A DNA stretch of 64,000 bases, taken from contig CAWBUD010000002.1 of the NCBI GenBank assembly GCA_963791945.1, forward strand, positions 882,743 through 946,742. The letters are read 5' to 3'. The DNA comes from an uncultured beta proteobacterium (GTDB taxonomy: Bacteria; Pseudomonadota; Gammaproteobacteria; Burkholderiales; Casimicrobiaceae). Below, in pieces: positions 57,852 to 64,000 of this stretch (positions are counted from its first letter, which is position 1; each line of letters opens with the position of its first letter). Under the pieces are notes generated by a model. The model saw only the letters and a list, made by a program, of their open reading frames with translations, was not told the origin of the DNA and searched no databases. A program made the position numbers and the translations under genes.

Positions 57852-58961
57852 CTAGTGTGCCGTTCCGCTGATTCGTGCACAAAGTCTTTCGAGCTTGGCG
57901 ACGATCGAATCGGCGGTCGCGGTCCAGATGAAGGGTTTGCAATTGACGTTGTGATGGACCACGAAGTGATCGATGTGCTGAATCAGTTCGCGCACCGAGC
58001 GGAACGAGCCGCGGCGGATCGCGCGTTGGGTAATGAGCGCGAAGAAGCGTTCGACCAGGTTGAGCCACGAACTGTAGGTTGGCACGAAGTGCAGATGCCA
58101 GCGCGGACGTGCCGCCAGCCAAGCCTTGACCTTGGCATGCTTGTGCGTGCGGTAATTGTCCACGATCAGGTGAACGTCCAGATCGGGTGGCACCGCGGCT
58201 TCGATCGCGCGCAAGAAGCCGAGGAATTCCTGGTGCCGGTGTCGCGGCTTGCATTCGGCCAACACTTGTCCGGTCAGCACGTCGAGGGCGGCGAACAGGG
58301 TGGTGGTGCCGTGCCGCTTGTAGTCGTGGGTGACGCCCTCGACGTAACCAAAGCCCATCGGCAGCAACGGCTGCGTGCGCTCCAGGGCTTGCACCTGGCT
58401 CTTCTCATCGACACACAGCACCAGAGCCTTATCCGGCGGATTCAGATACAGGCCCACCACATCGCGCAGCTTCTCAAGGAAGAACGGATCGGTGGACAGC
58501 TTGAAGCTCTCGCTGCGGTGCGGCTGCAAGCCGAACAGCTTGATGTAGCGGTGCACGCTGGTGCCCGAGATTCCGGTCTCGGCGGCCAGCGAGCGAATGC
58601 TCCAGTGCGTCGCTCCGTCGGTTGGCTTGCTGTGCAGGGTGGTTTGGATCAACTCGGCCACCCGCTCGTCGTCGATCGAACGTGGCTTACCCGGCCGCAA
58701 TTCGTCGTACAGCCCATTGATCCGCCGCTCGACGAAACGGCGGCGCCACTTGCCAATCGTCGCGTGGGTATAGCCCAGGCGCGCAGCGATACTGCTGTTC
58801 GGCTCCCCACTCGCGCTCGCCAATACGATCTGCGCGCGCGCACGCAACGCCGCCGGAATCGAGCGGGAGCGCACCATCGATTGCAATTGCGCAAGTTCAA
58901 CGGAGTCCAATACCAGATCAGCTTTCGGACGTCCCATCGGCATGGCGGTATCTCCACTCAT
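57852..58961 (-). CDS. IS630-family transposase
   Basis: HTH N-terminus plus a DDE region (...LCVDEKSQVQALERT...HLIVDNYRTHKH...PTYSSWLNLVERFF). The stop codon TAG lies in the terminal repeat. Confidence 0.9.
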   Translation of the reverse strand: MSGDTAMPMGRPKADLVLDSVELAQLQSMVRSRSIPAALRARAQIVLASASGEPNSSIAARLGYTHATIGKWRRRFVERRINGLYDELRPGKPRSIDDERVAELIQTTLHSKPTDGATHWSIRSLAAETGISGTSVHRYIKLFGLQPHRSESFKLSTDPFFLEKLRDVVGLYLNPPDKALVLCVDEKSQVQALERTQPLLPMGFGYVEGVTHDYKRHGTTTLFAALDVLTGQVLAECKPRHRHQEFLGFLRAIEAAVPPDLDVHLIVDNYRTHKHAKVKAWLAARPRWHLHFVPTYSSWLNLVERFFALITQRAIRRGSFRSVRELIQHIDHFVVHHNVNCKPFIWTATADSIVAKLERLCARISGTAH

Positions 58962-59019
58962 GAAGATACCGAAATCCGATGCAAGACATATGCCAGTTAT
59001 TAACGGAACAGAACACTAG
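57852..59019 (-). mobile_element. IS630-family insertion sequence
   Basis: Terminal inverted repeats CTAGTGTGCCGTTCCG (from 57852) and CGGAACAGAACACTAG (to 59019), with TA at both junctions as expected for IS630/Tc1. Confidence 0.8.
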
Positions 59020-59137
59020 CTCCCCGTTCGACGGCGCACAACGTCAGTGAGTCTAAGAGCGAGATGTCACAGCGACATTTCGAGGGCGTGGCGTTGTCGT
59101 TTCAATCGTGTCGCGATTGCGTGGACGGGGGGTGGTT

Positions 59138-59152
59138 GAAACAAACGCAACA
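59138..59152 (+). promoter_or_regulatory. GAAACAAACGCAACA element upstream of the 59262 / DUF3455-like operon
   Basis: See 55056..55070. Confidence 0.3.
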
Positions 59153-59261
59153 AAATTGCCCGGCGGCCCACTGTCTCTCTTTGCCGCCCCCGGCCGTATA
59201 TCGGGTCAGAAAGCGAATCGCGCTTTCTCGACGATCGTATCGTTGAACCGCTCACTTTCAA

Positions 59262-59780
59262 TTGGAGAACATCATGCAAACGTGGTTACGCAAGTCGTTG
59301 GTCTTTACCGCGCTGGCCCTCGGCGCTGCTCAATTCGCTCATGCGGAGCCCGCCGACCTCGCTCGCTGGCAGTCGGTGATCGGCATCATTCAGGGTAGCA
59401 ACGTTGTCGGCAGTGGAACGGGTGCCGTCACCGGCGCCCCGGGACCGTGGTCGGCACAGGGTGGGCACGTCACCGTGGACCTGACGCACGGAAAGATCGA
59501 GTTCAGCGTCCGCGGCTTGGTATTCGCCGCCGGGAATAGCATCGGCAATACCGGCACGGTCACGCAGGTCAGGGGAACGCTGGTTTGCGACACCAACGGG
59601 AGCGCGTCCCCCAATTCGATTCTTGTCGAAACGCCGCTCGTCGACCTCGACGAGGAAGGCGATGCGCACTTCAGCGGCAACGTCTCGATGCCCGTCGTGT
59701 GCGCAACGGAGCCGGACATCGCCTTTCTGATCCGCCTCGCCAGCGGCAAGTGGGTCGCCAACGGCACCGTTCTCCGCTGA
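59262..59780 (+). CDS. Secreted hypothetical protein
   Basis: Signal peptide ...WLRKSLVFTALALGAAQFAHAEP, two Cys, no recognised domain. An alternative start lies at 59274. Confidence 0.55.
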   Translation: MENIMQTWLRKSLVFTALALGAAQFAHAEPADLARWQSVIGIIQGSNVVGSGTGAVTGAPGPWSAQGGHVTVDLTHGKIEFSVRGLVFAAGNSIGNTGTVTQVRGTLVCDTNGSASPNSILVETPLVDLDEEGDAHFSGNVSMPVVCATEPDIAFLIRLASGKWVANGTVLR

Positions 59781-59851
59781 AGCGAATAGTCCTCTTACAA
59801 GCGATCGACGCGGAGGTGGCGACATCTCCGGGTCGATCAAAGGAGAAACCC

Positions 59852-60445
59852 ATGCATCGCAAATTTCTCGCTATACCGCTCACCATCGCCGTCTCGGCGT
59901 GTGCCCAAGTGCCGAACTTGACTCCAGCGGTGCAAGTGCCCGACGAGATCAAGGGCACCGCGAACGAATCGCTGGCCATGATCGTTGCCGCGAAAGGCGT
60001 ACAGATCTACGAGTGCCGTGCGAGCAAGGATGCCGGAGCCGCGGACTGGGTATTCGTCGCTCCGGAGGCTGACCTGTTCGACAAGAGTGGCAAGAAGGTT
60101 GGCAGCCACTATGCCGGCCCGCGTTGGGAATCCTCCGATGGCAGCACGATCGCGGGCGCTCTGAAGGAACGGATCGACGTCCCCCAAGCCGATGCCATTC
60201 CCTGGTTGCTGCTCACAGCCAAGTCGGTCGGGCCTGACGGTTCGTTCAGCAAAGTCACGAGTGTCCAACGTGTGAACACAGTCGGCGGCGCCGCACCGAA
60301 GACCGGTTGCTCGCCCGCCTCTGTCGGGCAGGTCGCGCGCGTCCCCTATACCGCGGACTACTATTTCCTCGCTGCGAGCGCTCACTCGGCGTCGCCGAAT
60401 GCGGCGCGGGTGTACGTTCCCAAGGGGTCGGCGTATGCCTACTGA
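59852..60445 (+). CDS. DUF3455-like lipoprotein
   Basis: The ATG at 59852 is preceded by AAAGGAGA. MHRKFLAIPLTIAVSACAQ lipobox. GVQIYECRA...WVFVAPEADLFD...HYAGPRWESSDGS...IPWLLL...VQRVNTVGGAAP..C...VPYTADYYF. Confidence 0.72.
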   Translation: MHRKFLAIPLTIAVSACAQVPNLTPAVQVPDEIKGTANESLAMIVAAKGVQIYECRASKDAGAADWVFVAPEADLFDKSGKKVGSHYAGPRWESSDGSTIAGALKERIDVPQADAIPWLLLTAKSVGPDGSFSKVTSVQRVNTVGGAAPKTGCSPASVGQVARVPYTADYYFLAASAHSASPNAARVYVPKGSAYAY

Positions 60446-61141
60446 GGCGCGGTGTGGGGGAGTGAGGCAGGTTAGCGCGCGCCCAGTCCATCGAGCGACA
60501 AGAGTCTTCCTGAGCGAGTCCGAGAGATTGACGCCTCTGGGGCTATCCGCGGTAGAAGCTCTAATTCCAACGGCGAGAAGTGGCGATCTACATTTCCATC
60601 GTCGTCCAATCACCCGAGCGCCCGAGCGGCCAACTATAAAGAGTGGCGATGCCTGGGCCTTACGTTGGCAGCGACTGATCGTCGAGGTGCTTGTTGTCGC
60701 CGCGACGTTCGCGTTGGCATTCGCGGCCACAGACACATCGGGGCATGGTCCCTTGCTGTCGGTCGCCGGTGCGCTCGTTGGCGCCGGCTTGATCTTCGAG
60801 CCGAAGGTCACGGTGCCGCGCGGGCTGCTGACATCGGCCCGCAGTTGTTGCAACCACTACTCGCTCACGCCTAAGAAGACCGGACGTTCGCGAACTTCTC
60901 TGACCGGCCACTTCCTGCCATTCCAGAACCACCCGGAAATCTGCGGAACGTGGTCATTCGAACTCGCGGCGAACTAGCCCAACGCGGGCGCGTATCGTTC
61001 GACTTCCGTTCAGCTGCGGTCGTTTGAGCACCAGGAGCAACGAGCTGCGGAATCGCGATCCCAAACACGCTGCGCGGTGTCAAAATTGGTCACGAGTTCT
61101 TACATGCCTCCGTCCGCATTACTTGCACGCCGGTTGCGAAC

Positions 61142-61156
61142 GAAACAAACGAAACA
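61142..61156 (+). promoter_or_regulatory. GAAACAAACGAAACA element upstream of the second DUF3455-like gene
   Basis: See 55056..55070. About 35 nt of flanking sequence (61105..61141) is also similar to 55022..55055. Confidence 0.3.
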
Positions 61157-61366
61157 GAATTGGGCACCCGGTGAAGTTCTCATGACGCGCTTGCGCAATA
61201 GACTGCACTGCGATCCCGGCTTCACGGGAGATTCAAGTGTCGGTCTTACAACCAACCTGCGCATAAGGCGCAAAAGGAAAACTGCATCAAGAACTTCACC
61301 GCACCGGATAGACACCCTAGGCGTCGCATTCTGCCGATCGCGTGCGCGACCGCTCTCGCTGCCGCC

Positions 61367-61996
61367 TTGACCGTGTCGCTGCCGCATCCGGCGCACGCCG
61401 CCGCCAAGATCATCGTCCCCGACAACCTGCCACCGAGCCTCGTTGTGGATGCGCCGAACCACCCATTCCTCCTAGGCAAGGCCAAGGGCACCCAGAACTA
61501 CACCTGCACGATACGCGTCGATGCCGCAGGTAATCCTATCCTCGATGCCGCAGGTAACCCTACGTTTGCCTGGAGACTCTTCACCCCGGAGGCTACGCTA
61601 TTCAGTGACGATCCCACCGATCCCAAGCAGATCATTACCCATTTCTTCAGCCCCAATCCGGATCAGTTAAACACCGACCCGTTTACGGATTTTCACCCGA
61701 TTCGCGCCACATGGCAGTCGTCGCAGGACACGAGCTCCGTCTGGGCCACGACACTTGTCGCGGGTGATGCCGTTACCGTCACTCAAACAGCCGTTGCCTG
61801 GCTGAAGCTCACAGCAGTCGGAACGCGAGATGGCCCCACCGGTGGCGACGTGTTGGCGAAGACCTCATTCGTCCAGCGCGTGAATACCGTTGGAGGGGTC
61901 CCACCGCCGGCGGACACCTGTGACTCGCTGCAAGAGATCGGCAGACAGGCGTTCGTGGATTACACGGCCGACTACATCTTCTACACGGACCAGTAA
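61367..61996 (+). CDS. DUF3455-like secreted protein (start uncertain)
   Basis: GTQNYTC...WRLFTPEATLF...VAWLKL...VQRVNTVGGVPP..C...VDYTADYIFY. The frame is open from 61202 and encodes a signal-like RRRILPIACATALAAALTVSLPHPAHAAA, but the only in-frame upstream start candidates are CTG codons. Confidence 0.62.
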   Translation: MTVSLPHPAHAAAKIIVPDNLPPSLVVDAPNHPFLLGKAKGTQNYTCTIRVDAAGNPILDAAGNPTFAWRLFTPEATLFSDDPTDPKQIITHFFSPNPDQLNTDPFTDFHPIRATWQSSQDTSSVWATTLVAGDAVTVTQTAVAWLKLTAVGTRDGPTGGDVLAKTSFVQRVNTVGGVPPPADTCDSLQEIGRQAFVDYTADYIFYTDQ

Positions 61997-62499
61997 GCAG
62001 CGCGCGACGGCGGACTAATCTCTGTTCAAGGCTTGTGGAAGAACCGGACGGCGCGACCGTCCGGCTCTCCGTTCTCCGCGAGCAGATTACGCACGCAAGT
62101 TTCCTGAGCAGGTGATTAGGACGGGTCGCCGTACTCCGTATCACATTAACGTGAGAGGAGTCGCCCGCCGCAAAGGAAATCAACCGTGTGCAAACAGTCG
62201 TGGGCACGGTCAACCCAAGTGCTGCAGAGCTTCGCGTGGCGCCGCGTCCGATGTTCTTTCAGTTCCGACCTTATCGGTCTCCCAAAGACCGCTTTCCGCG
62301 CGGCCGTAAGTCCGCTACGGGTCGAGTGCTGCGATTCTAATGTCCGCTGTCGGCATCTCTCGGTGTGACAGCCGCTCCGAATCAGCGTTGGGGACTTTTT
62401 GGGGACTCGCTGTGAGAAGCAGTGAAAAACTGTAGAGTATCTGGTGGACGGGCAGTCCAAAGTCGTTAATGAAAAGAACTGGTTAGAGCTACTTCGCCA

Positions 62500-62545
62500 G
62501 CTACGAACCAGGGGGTCGTGGGTTCAAATCCTGCCGGGCGCGCCA
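62500..62545 (+). repeat. attR: displaced 46-bp copy of the tRNA-Arg 3' part
   Basis: Exact match to 40339..40384. A further ~20 nt upstream is a degenerate D-arm/anticodon-stem copy. No 5' acceptor strand is present. Confidence 0.9.
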
Positions 62546-62559
62546 CGAATTCCCGGTAG

Positions 62560-63845
62560 GGTCCGTTACCTATGTCTCCGGACCGTACCTAAGACATAGG
62601 TGACAACCTCGGGCCGAACGGGTTATCCAGGGGTTGCAGAGTCTTCTGTTCCAGGTCGATGTAGCCGAGATCGTACTGCATGAAGCTGACGATCCAGATG
62701 CCCTCGTCGACCTCCTTGATTCCCACACGCTGACCGGCGAGGACGCCGGAGAGGTTGATCCGTTTGCGATGCATGCAGATGCGGCCGCAGGCGGTGACCA
62801 CGACATCGCGATCGTGCAAGGGGTAGCTGAGGTCGGGCAAGCCGCGGTAGGGCCTGGGTGAGGGGGCGTAGCGCTGGGCCGGCGTCTGCATGGCGAGCGC
62901 CTCATGCGGCCGCTCGGTGTTGAATTCCTCGACGAAGGCATCGAACCGAGCCTGTTGCTGGAGGCTGTTCATGCCGGGTGGGCGGGTGGCCTCCTTCTTA
63001 AGCGTCAGGTGCATACGCTCGTGACGGCCGTTCTGCTGCGGATGACCCGGCTTGATGCGCTCGATCGCGATCCCGAGTCGCAGCCACCACACCGACAATT
63101 TGGAGAGGTTGAACAAGGCGTTGGGGCTGGCGAAGGGAACGCCGTTGTCGGATCGGATGGACGACGGCAAACCGCGCTCGAGGAACAGTTGTTCGAAGGC
63201 GGTGATCGCGGTGTCTTCGCGGGTGGACTCAAGCGCTTCGCACAGCAGCAGGAAACGCGAGGCGTGGTCGGTGACGGTCAGCGGGTAGCAGTACTGACCG
63301 TTGCCGAGCTTGAACTCGCCCTTGAAATCGGCGCACCACAGATCGTTGGGCGCCGTGCCGGCGGAGAGCTCGGTTCCAACGGCCCGTCGACGCGGGCGGC
63401 GCAGGCCTTGGACCAATCCATGGCGATGCAACACGGCGTGAATGGTGCTCTTGGCCGGGATGCGCACGTCCTGGTCGAGCCGGCGAACCAAGAGCTCGCG
63501 AATCTTGCGCGCACCCCAATGGGGCTTCTCCCGCTTCAGGCTAACGATCAAGCCCTCGATCTGCGGCGGTAGCTGATTGGCATACCGCACGGGTCGTCGA
63601 CATCGGTCGCTCAACGCCTCGAAGCCACTCTCCTTGTAGCGGTGAAAGATCTTGTAGCCGGTCTTACGAGAGATCCCGAATTCCCGGCAGGCATCCGTCA
63701 TTGACTCGCCATCGAGCAGTTTGGCCACGAATCGCAGGCGCTCGTCCATCACCGAACACTCCTTCCACGGCATAGACACCTCCCGCTTGAAGGCGGAAAG
63801 TGTTACCTATGTGTCCGGTACGTCGTGTCACCTATGTCTCGGGCC
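62560..63845 (-). mobile_element. IS481-family element (ends approximate)
   Basis: The transposase gene is flanked by copies of the CCTATGTCT/AGACATAGG-containing motifs (62565..62605 and 63803..63840). Confidence 0.5.
62589..63779 (-). CDS. IS481-family transposase (HTH plus rve integrase core)
   Basis: ...FGISRKTGYKIFHRYKESG...LWCADFKGEF...SDNGVPFAS...PGHPQQNGRHERMHLTLK...EFNTERPHEAL. Confidence 0.9.
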   Translation of the reverse strand: MSMPWKECSVMDERLRFVAKLLDGESMTDACREFGISRKTGYKIFHRYKESGFEALSDRCRRPVRYANQLPPQIEGLIVSLKREKPHWGARKIRELLVRRLDQDVRIPAKSTIHAVLHRHGLVQGLRRPRRRAVGTELSAGTAPNDLWCADFKGEFKLGNGQYCYPLTVTDHASRFLLLCEALESTREDTAITAFEQLFLERGLPSSIRSDNGVPFASPNALFNLSKLSVWWLRLGIAIERIKPGHPQQNGRHERMHLTLKKEATRPPGMNSLQQQARFDAFVEEFNTERPHEALAMQTPAQRYAPSPRPYRGLPDLSYPLHDRDVVVTACGRICMHRKRINLSGVLAGQRVGIKEVDEGIWIVSFMQYDLGYIDLEQKTLQPLDNPFGPRLSPMS

Positions 63846-64000
63846 GCTCACCCGTTAGTGCTCAGGAGGTTGCGACGCTTCCGCCGCACCCTCCTTACTT
63901 TTTTCACGCGCGATTGCGTGAGAATCGCGTGACTTTTCCCGATGGACCCTGGTCTTGCTTCGTCACCACTCGCAACAACGTCGATTCTTGGGCTTTCAGC

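Larger units (their letters stand above)
40385..62545. mobile_element. ~22 kb integrative genomic island in tRNA-Arg(ACG)
   Basis: A 46-bp exact direct repeat (40339..40384 and 62500..62545) corresponds to the 3' part of the tRNA. An intact tyrosine integrase abuts the tRNA. Contents are IS elements, pseudogenes and accessory genes. Confidence 0.85.

Noticed and set aside
57855-59003. 382-aa plus-strand ORF opposite the IS630 transposase
   Set aside because: Antisense to a complete IS630-family transposase.
60399-60977. 192-aa ORF between the two DUF3455-like genes (contains a hydrophobic stretch LIVEVLVVAATFALAFAA...)
   Set aside because: It overlaps the 3' end of the DUF3455-like gene and is Arg-rich at its start. 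Its 3' part is the dispersed repeat element. No RBS or motif was seen. A short membrane peptide cannot be excluded, but it is unsupported.
62481-62545. A tRNA-Arg gene copy
   Set aside because: It lacks the 5' acceptor strand and a proper D-arm. Only the 3' 46 nt are exact. It is the island attR.

Overview
GC-rich proteobacterial chromosome segment. The Bug/TctC-type receptor, a PEP-CTERM protein and the gene order suggest a betaproteobacterium, but that is inference only. All family names below come from motifs read by eye in the supplied translations; no database search or HMM was run.

Layout:
(1) 1-19.7 kb is a conserved housekeeping block: rarA (5' truncated), serS, SRP RNA, dnaX, ybaB, recR, a TRAP transporter, a CBS protein, a methyltransferase, maf, yceD-rpmF-plsX-fabH-fabD-fabG-acpP-fabF and lysC. 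It ends in a two-gene papain-like peptidase cassette and tRNA-Ser(GCU).
(2) 19.8-35.7 kb is a ~16 kb island bounded by a 26-bp direct repeat of the tRNA-Ser 3' end. It has no intact integrase. It carries an IS graveyard (an IS110 remnant interrupted by an IS256-family element, plus an rve remnant), an adenylate-cyclase/STAND-ATPase/TPR protein, a 3198-aa multidomain secreted protein and a small PEP-CTERM protein.
(3) 35.7-40.3 kb holds a decayed integrase remnant, a sulfatase, a SYLF protein and an orphan histidine kinase.
(4) 40.3-62.5 kb is a ~22 kb island integrated in tRNA-Arg(ACG), bounded by a 46-bp exact direct repeat and carrying an intact tyrosine integrase. It encodes four secreted paralogs that share a previously uncharacterised-looking 4-Cys C-terminal module, a wHTH/STAND/TPR regulator, a Bug receptor, IS remnants, decayed genes, two ECF sigma factors with an RskA-like anti-sigma, and two DUF3455-like genes that share an upstream motif with the first ECF sigma gene.
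(5) 62.6-63.8 kb is an IS481-family element.

Most interesting leads: the 4-Cys C-terminal module family with its divergent STAND regulator; the giant protein with a caspase-fold peptidase and an SPTIF pentapeptide array; the dnaX frame split across a 15-bp tandem repeat; and the GAAACAAACGMAACA upstream element.
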